Positions 20,524 through 31,879 of a DNA stretch of 64,000 nt are shown here, piece after piece. The position numbers and the translations under genes are program-made. The notes below the pieces were generated by a model. That model searched no databases and was not told the origin of the DNA. It worked only from the letters and a program-made list of their open reading frames with translations. Location: positions 2,944,001 to 3,008,000 of the forward strand of contig CBDEGZ010000003.1 of NCBI GenBank assembly GCA_965238175.1, in the 5' to 3' direction. The DNA comes from Gammaproteobacteria bacterium (lineage in GTDB: Bacteria > Pseudomonadota > Gammaproteobacteria > CAJXQU01). Within the stretch, counting starts at the first letter, position 1. Each line of letters opens with the position of its first letter.

Positions 20524-21510
20524 ATGAAAAACTTATTATCCACCATTGCACTATTTACTTTTATTTCTCAGCCTGTCATGGCAGAGCCGACGAATAGAAT
20601 TTTCGTTACTAACGAAAAAGGTGGTTCAGTCAGTGTTATTAATAGTCAAACAAATGTCGTTGAAACTACGATCGAAGTAGGTGCTCAACCACGCGGAATT
20701 GGGTTATCTCCAGATGGTTCTGAGTTATATGTAGCGTTAGGTAAAGAAGACAAAATTATCGTTATTGATCCCGTCTCTTTGAAAGTACTCAAAGATCTTG
20801 ATTCTGGTGACGATCCAGAAGCGTTTGCTGTGCACCCAAATGGCAATCTTTATATTTCAAACGAAGAAGATAATATGGCGACGGTTCTGAACCCTGCTAC
20901 CGGTGAAACGATTACACAAATAAAAGTCGGTATTGAACCAGAAGGGGTTGCAGTCTCACCTGATGGATCACGCGTTATTGTCACTAGCGAATCTACAAAT
21001 ATGTTACATGTGATAAGTGTTCCAGAGCATGAAATCGTCGCAAACATCCTGGTTGGCTCACGTCCCCGCTCTGCGACATTTAATAAAGACGGCAGTTTTG
21101 CCTATACGGCAGCAGAGATCGGTGGTGAAGTTAAAAAGGTTGATATGGCCACAAACGAAGTCGTTAAAGTACTGAGCCTGACCGATGACAAGGCAAAACC
21201 TAAAGATGTATTACTTAGTAAAGACGAGAAGACCTTATACGTCGCGGCAGGCCGAGCCAATGCGGTATTTGCACTTGATGCAGAATCATTAGAGATAAAA
21301 ACTAAAATTCCTGTGGGTAAACGGGTTTGGGGGTTGGCACTTAATGATGATGGCAGTCGGCTATATTCCACAAACGGGGTCAGCGGTACAATTTCAGTCA
21401 TAGACACAACGACCAATACCGTTATTACAAATATAGAAGTCGGCAAATTCCCATGGGGGGTGGTGGTTGATGATGCCCGATCAACATCCGATTGTGAAAA
21501 AACAAAATAA
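20524..21510 (+). CDS. Periplasmic YVTN beta-propeller protein (PQQ-catabolism-associated type)
   Basis: Signal peptide, FVTNEK, and repeated I.VG..P.G..SPDG blades. Confidence 0.85.
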   Translation: MKNLLSTIALFTFISQPVMAEPTNRIFVTNEKGGSVSVINSQTNVVETTIEVGAQPRGIGLSPDGSELYVALGKEDKIIVIDPVSLKVLKDLDSGDDPEAFAVHPNGNLYISNEEDNMATVLNPATGETITQIKVGIEPEGVAVSPDGSRVIVTSESTNMLHVISVPEHEIVANILVGSRPRSATFNKDGSFAYTAAEIGGEVKKVDMATNEVVKVLSLTDDKAKPKDVLLSKDEKTLYVAAGRANAVFALDAESLEIKTKIPVGKRVWGLALNDDGSRLYSTNGVSGTISVIDTTTNTVITNIEVGKFPWGVVVDDARSTSDCEKTK

Positions 21511-21556
21511 CTGTTTTTTTAATCAACTAATAATCGATCAAAATACTATTCTAGTT

Positions 21557-23470
<1,914 letters not shown>

Positions 23471-23629
23471 TTATTAATATTAATTATGCAGCGATGTTAT
23501 ATCAGAACAATTCTTAATATCCCAGCAAATATTGCATTTAAAGAAAAACCTATCTCACTTAATGTAACTTATTTTCTTCTACGGTATGATGATCTTTCCA
23601 CTAATTATTATAAAAAAAGGGGAACTAAA

Positions 23630-24166
23630 ATGTCATTATTCGGATTCGTTAAAAATATAGGTAAGTCATTATTCGGCCGCGATGCAGAAGCTGCAGAAAG
23701 CATTCAGAAACATATTGAAGAGAATAATCCTGGCGTAAAAGATCTAAAAGTTGAATTTGGTGATGGCATCGTCACACTTTGCGGTGAATGCGAATCAGCC
23801 ACGGCAATGCAAAAAGTCATCCTGATGGCGGGGAATGTTAAAGGTGTTGAAGATGTTCGTATAGGCGAAATGAGTATTACACCTCCAGCCTCAGCTGAAA
23901 CTACCACAGAAGAAACGCCAGCCACAGATCAAACTACCGAAGTAGCTTCCAGTGCGGGAGTCTCACCCATTGAGATTACAGAAATCCTGGAACAGGAAAA
24001 TGTCGAGTATTACATCATAGAAAGTGGTGATTCATTAAGTAAAATCGCGAAGAACTACTATGGCGATGCAATGCAATATCCGCGTTTATTTGAGGCCAAC
24101 CGAGAAGTTATCGAAGATCCAGATCTGATCTATCCGGGCCAGAAAATACGAATCCCATTAGATTAG
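23630..24166 (+). CDS. BON-LysM protein (Kbp/YgaU-like)
   Basis: MSLFGFVKNIGKSLF, AGNVKGV, and LysM GDSLSKIAKNYYG..IFEAN..PDLIYPGQ. Start placed at ATG 23630. Confidence 0.9.
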   Translation: MSLFGFVKNIGKSLFGRDAEAAESIQKHIEENNPGVKDLKVEFGDGIVTLCGECESATAMQKVILMAGNVKGVEDVRIGEMSITPPASAETTTEETPATDQTTEVASSAGVSPIEITEILEQENVEYYIIESGDSLSKIAKNYYGDAMQYPRLFEANREVIEDPDLIYPGQKIRIPLD

Positions 24167-24303
24167 AGGTTGGAAGATTAACGATTACCTTACTCCGGGA
24201 GGGTTCTTTAGCTTAAGAGCCCTCGCTAAAAGATACATCCAATTATTGACCCTTTGACGCCATCTGCGTTAACGTAGCTCTCTTAACAAAATCGAGTAAA
24301 AAA

Positions 24304-24543
24304 ATGGCCAACAAGCCAACATCGTTCAATTTTGAAAAGTCCCTCGCTGAGCTGGAAGAATTGGTAGAAACCATGGAAGACGGTGACATTAGCCTTGAAA
24401 ATTCGTTAAAGAATTTTGAACGTGGCATTTCACTAACGCGTGCTTGTCAGAAAGCACTCGAAGAAGCTGATCAAAAAGTTAAGATCCTTATGGAAAAAGA
24501 CGGAAAAACCTCGCTAGAAGATTTTGATCAAAACGAAAACTAA
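24304..24543 (+). CDS. xseB: Exodeoxyribonuclease VII small subunit
   Basis: FEKSLAELEELVETME.G.ISLENSL..FERG..L. Confidence 0.95.
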   Translation: MANKPTSFNFEKSLAELEELVETMEDGDISLENSLKNFERGISLTRACQKALEEADQKVKILMEKDGKTSLEDFDQNEN

Positions 24544-24567
24544 TAACACCTTAAAATCACATTATTA

Positions 24568-25458
24568 ATGTCCCATTCTGAAACAATAAAGGCTTATCAA
24601 TTACAGGTCGATAAGGCACTGGAACACTGGTTGCCAGCCGATAATATTCCACCGCAACATTTACATAGTGCCATGCGTTACTCCGTTTTAGGTGATGGAA
24701 AACGTATTCGCCCAATACTGACTTATGCAACCGGAAATGCCTTTGGGATCCCCTTGTCATCACTAGACGGACCTAGTGTTGCCGTGGAATTAATCCACGC
24801 GTATTCGCTTATCCATGATGATCTTCCCGCGATGGATGACGATGATCTTCGCCGTGGTCGCCCAACCTGTCATAAGGCCTTCGATGAAGCAACTGCGATC
24901 CTCGCTGGCGATGCTCTCCAAGCATTAGCTTTCTACATACTTTCACATGATCAAAAAATCACAACCAGTACTGACAATCGTCTCAAAATGATTGAGACAC
25001 TGTCGTCTGCAAGTGGATCTCGAGGCATGGCAGGCGGTCAGGCAATTGATCTGGCTTCTGTCGGAGAAAAGCTAAGTTTGCCTCAGTTAGAAAATATGCA
25101 TATTCATAAAACCGGTGCTTTAATTCGTGCTGCAGTTAAAATAGGTGCACTCGCAAGCCTTGATGTTTCTAATGATCAAATTGATAAGCTTGATCATTAT
25201 GCGAAATGTATTGGCCTGGCTTTTCAGGTTTGGGACGATGTACTGGATATAGAAGGTGATACTGAAGTCATCGGTAAGCCTCAAGGATCCGACATCGAAC
25301 AAGATAAACCTACTTATCCAAACCTCATTGGAATGGCTGGAGCAAAGCAAACCGCGATAGATCTACACGATCAAGCCATAGAAAGCCTGCAAGGATTTGA
25401 TCAAAAAGCCGATATTTTACGTTGGATTGCGGATTACATCGTTAGTCGAAACAAATAA
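24568..25458 (+). CDS. ispA: Farnesyl diphosphate synthase
   Basis: GKRIRP, SLIHDDLPAMDDDDLRRG, HKTGALI and FQVWDDVLD motifs. Confidence 0.95.
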   Translation: MSHSETIKAYQLQVDKALEHWLPADNIPPQHLHSAMRYSVLGDGKRIRPILTYATGNAFGIPLSSLDGPSVAVELIHAYSLIHDDLPAMDDDDLRRGRPTCHKAFDEATAILAGDALQALAFYILSHDQKITTSTDNRLKMIETLSSASGSRGMAGGQAIDLASVGEKLSLPQLENMHIHKTGALIRAAVKIGALASLDVSNDQIDKLDHYAKCIGLAFQVWDDVLDIEGDTEVIGKPQGSDIEQDKPTYPNLIGMAGAKQTAIDLHDQAIESLQGFDQKADILRWIADYIVSRNK

Positions 25459-25485
25459 CAAGAAATAACCTGTTAAACTACGCCG

Positions 25486-26268
25486 ATGGATAATACAACT
25501 ATCCCTGACGTTCAAAGCAGTCAGGATACACGAGAAATTGATATTGAGCAGGTCGGTATAAAAGGGATCCGACACCCCGTAGTGATCAGTGCACGTGCCG
25601 GTGATGTTCAACACACGGTCGCAGACTTCTCAATGTACGTTGGTTTACCACATAATTTCAAAGGCACTCACATGTCTCGCTTTGTGGAAATACTCAATGA
25701 TCACGAATACGAAATAACCGTCGATTCTTTTAAGGATATGATTACGGAAACCCTGGAAAAACTTGATGCTGAAACTACTTTCATTGAAATGATATTTCCT
25801 TTTTTCATTTCAAAAAAAGCCCCGGTTTCCGCAGTTACCAGTCTGATGGATTATGAAGTAACTTTTATCGGCGAGGTCTATGAAGGCAAACCTCAAGTCT
25901 CGGTAAAAGTGATCGTTCCAGTAACAAGTTTATGCCCTTGTTCCAAGGGCATCTCAGACTACGGGGCGCATAATCAACGTTCACACGTCACCTTGACCTG
26001 CGCTATAAATCAATTTGTCTGGCTCGAAGAATTGATCGAACTGGTAGAAAAATCCGCTTCAAGCGAACTTTACGGCATGTTAAAAAGACCTGATGAAAAG
26101 TATGTCACGGAAAAGGCCTATGACAATCCTAAGTTTGTTGAAGATTTGGTCAGGGATATTGCCGTTGATCTAAACCAAGACGAACGCATTACAGCCTATA
26201 CAGTGGAAGCTGAAAACTTCGAATCCATCCACAATCATTCGGCTTATGCTAAGGTAAATAGCAAATAG
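25486..26268 (+). CDS. folE2: GTP cyclohydrolase IB
   Basis: [30 protein letters not shown] and ESIHNHSA motifs. Confidence 0.95.
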   Translation: MDNTTIPDVQSSQDTREIDIEQVGIKGIRHPVVISARAGDVQHTVADFSMYVGLPHNFKGTHMSRFVEILNDHEYEITVDSFKDMITETLEKLDAETTFIEMIFPFFISKKAPVSAVTSLMDYEVTFIGEVYEGKPQVSVKVIVPVTSLCPCSKGISDYGAHNQRSHVTLTCAINQFVWLEELIELVEKSASSELYGMLKRPDEKYVTEKAYDNPKFVEDLVRDIAVDLNQDERITAYTVEAENFESIHNHSAYAKVNSK

Positions 26269-26278
26269 CGTATCTAAC

Positions 26279-26503
26279 CTAACCTAAAGGCACACCCGTT
26301 TGGTTAACCTGGCTATACCAAATTTTCTGGTTATGGAACTTTCCGAGCAGTGTATTTAATTGCTTGATCTTCCTACCAAGCTCTATATCACCAACCCGTT
26401 GATCTTCTGTAACGGTTAATTCCCGAATTTCATTTCTAATAGTACTTTCGATGAGTTCGATATCTGCCTCATCCAGATCAAAATTTGCTTTGTATGCAGC
26501 CAT
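26279..26503 (-). CDS. Small hypothetical protein
   Basis: 74-aa ORF with a GGAGG RBS, filling the gap convergent to folE2. Confidence 0.7.
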   Translation of the reverse strand: MAAYKANFDLDEADIELIESTIRNEIRELTVTEDQRVGDIELGRKIKQLNTLLGKFHNQKIWYSQVNQTGVPLG

Positions 26504-26705
26504 TTGAATACCTCCACTTACAATCTAACACGTATTACAAGGTTTTTTTTTATAGTAGTAACTTTAGGATAGACCAGATCATCCTGTTCTAGCAAGCAAT
26601 CGTGAGTAAATAAGTAATGCTAATTTAACTGAAATTTATCAGGTTATTTAAAATCAAGTATTTAAAGGAAATAATGAATGTTAGTTCAAAAGTAATAATT
26701 TTGAT

Positions 26706-27482
26706 CTATATTTTTACCGAAGAGACCATTTCATCTGTTATCCAATGCTGTATAAAACCAGCCATGCGGACGGCCACATTTTCTGGTTCATTCCAATCAC
26801 ACAGACCTTCGCAGAGTTCCGCAAAGGTTGATCCTTCTTGAGATGTGGCAAGTGCCCAAGCTTCATCCTCATCCAGTGATCGAAAATAAATTTCAATTCC
26901 CTTACGCCAGAGTGCCCATGTCACTGCTTGTGAATTTTGGGTTGGCTTCTCTGGATGCTGATCTTCTTTAACACGTTGCCAGAATTTTGGAACATTAGAT
27001 TGCAGTGGAATAGTTCTCAGTGAAGAATGAAGAGTAATCATCATTCTTGGCCACAATTCAGGAGAAATCGCCTGGAGTTCTTGCATAGAAAATACTGGCT
27101 GATCGGCAGCATCAAGTACATCATTCACCGCCCATTCAAACCCGGCAATGTCAGCCAACATTCTATGTTTAGAATATGGCTTGGTAGTTAAGAATTCTTG
27201 CATAAATCGACCGAAATAACGTGCCGAGAAATGATTGGACGGATAGCGTTTAATGTAATCTTGGCAGATCGTATCGAACTGGTCATCACCGACAAGTGTA
27301 TGTAATCCTGGATAGTCTGTTTTCAAGACCTCTACCAAGCGTAATCTGTAGCCGTCGTAATAAATTGCCGCTCTACGGTTTACAAATTGATCGTCGCTAC
27401 TATTAATACATTGTTTGAAGTTTTCATTTCCATTAAGAACAAACGTTTGAAAACTTTCCTGTAACGCGCGCAGCTCACTCAT
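26706..27482 (-). CDS. DUF2063 partner protein of an MNIO RiPP system (BufC/HvfC-like)
   Basis: LQESFQ..., IYYDGYRLRL..L..DYP, YI..YPS and A.FEWA motifs; ATGA overlap with the DUF692 gene. Confidence 0.85.
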   Translation of the reverse strand: MSELRALQESFQTFVLNGNENFKQCINSSDDQFVNRRAAIYYDGYRLRLVEVLKTDYPGLHTLVGDDQFDTICQDYIKRYPSNHFSARYFGRFMQEFLTTKPYSKHRMLADIAGFEWAVNDVLDAADQPVFSMQELQAISPELWPRMMITLHSSLRTIPLQSNVPKFWQRVKEDQHPEKPTQNSQAVTWALWRKGIEIYFRSLDEDEAWALATSQEGSTFAELCEGLCDWNEPENVAVRMAGFIQHWITDEMVSSVKI

Positions 27483-28330
27483 GCCGCCTTGCCCTTAGAA
27501 ACGCTCTCAGAAATTTGACGGGCATGATCAAGCTCTTCGAGCAAATCTGACAAAGGAGGAATATTGTCGTCTCGCTCAATCATTGTAGAAATTTGGCCAC
27601 AATGTTGTATCGTCATTTTATAAAGCTCCCATACCGGATCAATAACAGCTTGATCGTGCGTATCGATAATATGAGTTCCAACATTTGAATGGCCCGCCAG
27701 GTGAATTTGCTGAACCCGATCACCAGGCATTGCATTTATATATTCAATGGGATCAAATGAATGGTTGATGCTGCTGACATAAATATTATTAACGTCGAGC
27801 AAGATCAAACAATCGGCTTGGTTAGCCATTTCATGCATGAATTCCCATTCTGTGATAGTTGATTGCTTATATTCAAGATAACTGGAAGGATTCTCGATCA
27901 AAATCTGTCGTCCAAGAAAATCTTGAACTTGCGAAATACGATCAACAACATGATTTAATGATTCGTCTGTGTAAGGTACAGGCATCAAATCATGCAAATT
28001 TGTACCAGATATTCCAGTCCAACAAAGATGATCAGAAATCCATCGAGCCTCGACTCGATCAGCAAGCTGTTTTACTTTTTTAAGATAAGCAGTATCAAGT
28101 GGATCTGTTGAGCCAATAGACAACGACACGCCATGCATAACCATTGGATAATGTTTGCAAATACGATCCAGAAAATGTAAGGGTTTCCCCCCTGGAACAA
28201 GATAATTCTCAGTGAGAATCTCTAACCAATCGATCGCAGGTTTTTCATCTAAAATGGTACGGTAATGCTTCGTCCTTAAACCAAGACCGAAGCCTAAATA
28301 AGAACGATCATTACTAACTTGGGAGATCAT
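27479..28330 (-). CDS. DUF692 multinuclear non-heme iron oxidative enzyme (MNIO, BufB-like)
   Basis: GLGLR, EILTENY, HGVSLSIG, SDHLCW, ENPSSY, LLDVNN, IHLAGH, DTHD and ERDDNIP iron-ligand motifs. Confidence 0.95.
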   Translation of the reverse strand: MISQVSNDRSYLGFGLGLRTKHYRTILDEKPAIDWLEILTENYLVPGGKPLHFLDRICKHYPMVMHGVSLSIGSTDPLDTAYLKKVKQLADRVEARWISDHLCWTGISGTNLHDLMPVPYTDESLNHVVDRISQVQDFLGRQILIENPSSYLEYKQSTITEWEFMHEMANQADCLILLDVNNIYVSSINHSFDPIEYINAMPGDRVQQIHLAGHSNVGTHIIDTHDQAVIDPVWELYKMTIQHCGQISTMIERDDNIPPLSDLLEELDHARQISESVSKGKAA

Positions 28331-28345
28331 TTTGTTTGTAAGAAT

Positions 28346-28379
28346 TGGAAACGGATCGCAACGGATCGATCCGTTTCCA
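28346..28379. other. 13-bp perfect stem-loop between the precursor and MNIO genes
   Basis: TGGAAACGGATCG (28346-28358) pairs with CGATCCGTTTCCA (28367-28379). Confidence 0.75.
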
Positions 28380-28387
28380 CTGTCCCT

Positions 28388-28645
28388 TTAACCTACAGTA
28401 CCACCTTGAGCAGCACATTCTTCCTCAGTAACGGCGATAAAGCCTTGTCCTTTACATGCATTGTGTCCCGCACATTCATTAGTCGATGATTTACAAGCAC
28501 CGGTACCTTTACATTCATTGACACCATTACAGTGGATCTTTGCTGTAGAGGCAGCAGAGCTGCTAGAACCACTGTCTGATGCACAACCTGATGCGAGTAG
28601 AGTTGCGGCCGCAACAGCAAGCATAGAACCAGTTAATTTTTTCAT
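28388..28645 (-). CDS. Cys-rich MNIO precursor peptide (bufferin BufA2-like), probable lipoprotein
   Basis: Signal peptide ending LLASG|C, Ser/Ala linker, and core HCNGVNECKGTGACK...NECAGHNACKGQGF...EEC with six Cys. Confidence 0.88.
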   Translation of the reverse strand: MKKLTGSMLAVAAATLLASGCASDSGSSSSAASTAKIHCNGVNECKGTGACKSSTNECAGHNACKGQGFIAVTEEECAAQGGTVG

Positions 28646-28735
28646 TATGTATTACCCTCGTGTGTTAAGTTTATTTTTAAGCAGAGCCTGAACTCTATAA
28701 CCAATAATATCAGAGTTTGAGACGAACTACAGGCA

Positions 28736-28763
28736 TTGGGACAAGGGTATAAGAGAAAAGTTC
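28736..28763 (-). promoter_or_regulatory. Putative RpoE/AlgU-type ECF promoter of the MNIO operon
   Basis: On the minus strand GAACTT-N15-GTCCCAA, about 90 nt upstream of the precursor start. Confidence 0.5.
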
Positions 28764-28772
28764 TCAATGTGA

Positions 28773-29408
28773 TCACTCTAAGGCTGTATTCAGTACATCA
28801 ACACCTTCTGGTGGCGTAAAATTGAACAATCGTTGATCTATCGTTTGATTGCGTTTTTGGCCGGTAAATATAATTTTAGTTAATTGACCAAAACTATCTC
28901 GTAATTCCATCATTGCAAGATTCGAATCTCGGAAAGCCAGGCTAATATCAATATACTGTTGATCTGCGGCTTTTGGGCTTAATACAAACCATTCCAGTCC
29001 AGTATTTTTCTCTCTATCTTTAATTCTACTGACATTAAACTCATCACTAATTGACACCTCACTGCTTAGTAATAAAGCGGGAGTATTTGATAAAACATCA
29101 CTCATCTCACGAACAGTGACTTGCTCTAGATCCTGATCATAAATCCAGATTTTTTTACCATCGGCAATAATGGACTGTTCAAAGGGTTGACTATAGTCCC
29201 AACGAAATTTGCCAGGACGAGACAAGTAAAACTTACCTTTTGAAGTCTCCTGGATTCCGTCCGCTTGAGTGATTAATGACTGCGAAAAGTAAGCCTCAAA
29301 ACTTGTAATACTATTCAGATATTTCTCGATTGTAGTTTTCGCTTCTTCTGCAAATACTTGTCCACAAGATAATAGCAATGCAAGAAATACTAATATGTTT
29401 TTTTTCAT
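28773..29408 (-). CDS. lolA: Outer-membrane lipoprotein chaperone LolA
   Basis: F.Q, G.F...RPGKFRWDY..P.EQ.IIADGK, DLEQV, TPALLL and F.FTPPEGVDV motifs; follows ftsK. Start placed at ATG 29408. Confidence 0.95.
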   Translation of the reverse strand: MKKNILVFLALLLSCGQVFAEEAKTTIEKYLNSITSFEAYFSQSLITQADGIQETSKGKFYLSRPGKFRWDYSQPFEQSIIADGKKIWIYDQDLEQVTVREMSDVLSNTPALLLSSEVSISDEFNVSRIKDREKNTGLEWFVLSPKAADQQYIDISLAFRDSNLAMMELRDSFGQLTKIIFTGQKRNQTIDQRLFNFTPPEGVDVLNTALE

Positions 29409-29494
29409 GATTTTATATGTAGGCCTATTTAGGAACAGTTCCATCTTAACCGAGAAAATCTAAATGGAAAATTAATAGGTGTTTGGAATAAAAC

Positions 29495-31786
29495 TCAGTC
29501 CTTCGGCGGTGGAGCTGCGATCACTTCACGCGCACCACTTGACGATGATTCGGTAATAACGCCATCCCGTTCCATTTGTTCGATCATTCGAGCCGCTCGA
29601 TTATATCCGACTTTCAATCGACGCTGAACGTAAGAAATTGACGCTTTTCTTGATTCCGTCACAATCGCGACAGCTTCATCATATAAGGCATCGAGTTCCT
29701 CTTCACCGTCTCCAGGCATACCAGGAAAATCACCGCCATCTACAGGACCTTCCAAAATTTCATCAATATATTCAGGTTCGCCGTGTTTCTTCAAATAATC
29801 AACAACTTCGTGAACTTCCTCATCAGAAACAAAAGCGCCGTGCACACGGTTAGGTAAACCCGTCCCCGGTGCAAGATAAAGCATATCGCCATGGCCTAGC
29901 AGATTTTCTGCTCCCATTTGATCAAGAATTGTTCTTGAATCTACTCGTGATGAAACCTGGAATGCTACTCGGGTTGGGATGTTTGCTTTAATCAAACCGG
30001 TTATTACATCAACCGAAGGTCTCTGGGTTGCAAGTATTAAATGAATACCTGCGGCTCGTGCCTTTTGTGCAAGTCTTGCGATCAATTCTTCGACCTTTTT
30101 ACCCGTTGTCATCATCATGTCTGCTAGCTCATCAACAATAACGACAATATTAGGCATTGTTTCTAATAAAACGACCTCTTCGCCTGCGGCGAGTTTGTCA
30201 GCAAAAGGATCAGGGAATGGCAACTTTTTCTTAATCGCATCTTCGATCTTTTTGTTATACCCAGCCAGATTTCGAACTCCCAGATGTGACATTAGTTTGT
30301 ATCGACGTTCCATTTCCGCAACAGACCAACGCAGCGCGTTAGCAGCTTCTTTCATATCAGTCACTACAGGTGCCAACAGATGCGGTATGCCTTCATAAAC
30401 CGATAACTCCAACATTTTTGGATCGATCATTATCAAGCGAACATCTCTAGCCGTTGCTTTGTAGAGCAAACTCAAAATCATAGCGTTGAGAGCAACGGAC
30501 TTGCCCGAACCTGTGGTTCCTGCAACAAGAAGATGTGGCATTTTCATTAGATCTGCCACCACAGGGTGTCCACTAATATCTTTACCCAAACATAGTGTCA
30601 ATGTGGAGGTACTTGCGTCATATTGCTTAGAGTTCAAGATCTCACTCAAAGCGATCAATTCACGCTTTTCATTCGGTATTTCTAAACCAATAACAGATTT
30701 ACCAGGAATTACTTCAACGACACGCACACTGGTTACTGACAATGAACGCGCGAGATCTTTCGTCAACGCAGTAATTTTACTGGCTTTAGTACCTGCGGCC
30801 GGTTCCATTTCAAACCGAGTAATCACCGGCCCTGGAAGGACACCAACCACATGCACTTCAACACCAAAATCTTTCAGCTTTAACTCAACCTGTCGAGACA
30901 TGGCCTCAAGTGTTGCTTTTGAATAGCCACCAACCCTCTCTGGTGGTTCGTCTAACAAATCCAGAGGTGGTAAAACCACATCAGCTGCTGGTCGGAATAA
31001 ACTGGCTTGCTTCTCAACTTCAACCCGCTCGCCCACTTCAAAGCTCGAAATTTTAGGTTCTATTTTTCTTTCGGGACGCGAAATGGCCTTTATTTTGTCT
31101 TCTTTCAAAGCTACTTCACGTACTTTTTTTGCTTTTCTACCCTCTGTAAAGTCATAGAGCAATAAAGATTTATTCTTCACCCACTCATAAAAATTCAAAC
31201 TATAAAAACCGGTTGTATCCATTAACCAAAGCCATGAAAGTCCAGTTAATAATGTGATCCCCGTGAGAAACAAAGCAAACATTAATACAACGGCACCAGA
31301 ATTCCCAAAGGTAGAAACTAAATTTCGGCCGACAACATCCCCTAAAATTCCACCCGCCTCGACACCATTACGTAAACGAAACCAGACCAGGCCACAACCA
31401 AAGGTGAAAATCATCAGTAACCCAGCAAAACGCGTTGCCACATGGAAATAATCAAGTATTTCCTGGTCGCGTTCGCGATACATTAACCCGCCAACGTAAG
31501 CAATAATGACGGGGAATAAATACGCGAGCAAACCAAACAAGTAGAGTAATAAATCTGAAAGCCAAGCACCGACAACACCACCGGCATTGACAATATCAGT
31601 ATGTGACCCAGTAAAAGTCCAACTTGGATCACCGTCATGGTGAGTTGCCAGGCTGAGAATAAAAAATAGTGCGATCGCACCAGAAATGATCAGCATACCT
31701 TCTTGCAACCGATGTAAAAAAGATCCACTGACATCACGATTCAATGTAATGGAGGGACTGGATCTTCTTTTAATTGCTTGCGCCAC
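29495..31786 (-). CDS. ftsK: DNA translocase FtsK
   Basis: N-terminal TMs, [31 protein letters not shown] and gamma domain [18 protein letters not shown]. Confidence 0.97.
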   Translation of the reverse strand: MAQAIKRRSSPSITLNRDVSGSFLHRLQEGMLIISGAIALFFILSLATHHDGDPSWTFTGSHTDIVNAGGVVGAWLSDLLLYLFGLLAYLFPVIIAYVGGLMYRERDQEILDYFHVATRFAGLLMIFTFGCGLVWFRLRNGVEAGGILGDVVGRNLVSTFGNSGAVVLMFALFLTGITLLTGLSWLWLMDTTGFYSLNFYEWVKNKSLLLYDFTEGRKAKKVREVALKEDKIKAISRPERKIEPKISSFEVGERVEVEKQASLFRPAADVVLPPLDLLDEPPERVGGYSKATLEAMSRQVELKLKDFGVEVHVVGVLPGPVITRFEMEPAAGTKASKITALTKDLARSLSVTSVRVVEVIPGKSVIGLEIPNEKRELIALSEILNSKQYDASTSTLTLCLGKDISGHPVVADLMKMPHLLVAGTTGSGKSVALNAMILSLLYKATARDVRLIMIDPKMLELSVYEGIPHLLAPVVTDMKEAANALRWSVAEMERRYKLMSHLGVRNLAGYNKKIEDAIKKKLPFPDPFADKLAAGEEVVLLETMPNIVVIVDELADMMMTTGKKVEELIARLAQKARAAGIHLILATQRPSVDVITGLIKANIPTRVAFQVSSRVDSRTILDQMGAENLLGHGDMLYLAPGTGLPNRVHGAFVSDEEVHEVVDYLKKHGEPEYIDEILEGPVDGGDFPGMPGDGEEELDALYDEAVAIVTESRKASISYVQRRLKVGYNRAARMIEQMERDGVITESSSSGAREVIAAPPPKD

Positions 31787-31879
31787 GATAAAACCTATTA
31801 AAATAATAACTCATAACAATGTTAATCCTATTTATTTAAAAATCAAGATAATTTATTGTTTATTAGATATATTTCACAA

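Noticed and set aside
24199-24224. Intrinsic terminator after the BON-LysM gene
   Set aside because: A hairpin (GAGGGTTCTT/AAGAGCCCTC) is present but has no U-tract, so it was not called.
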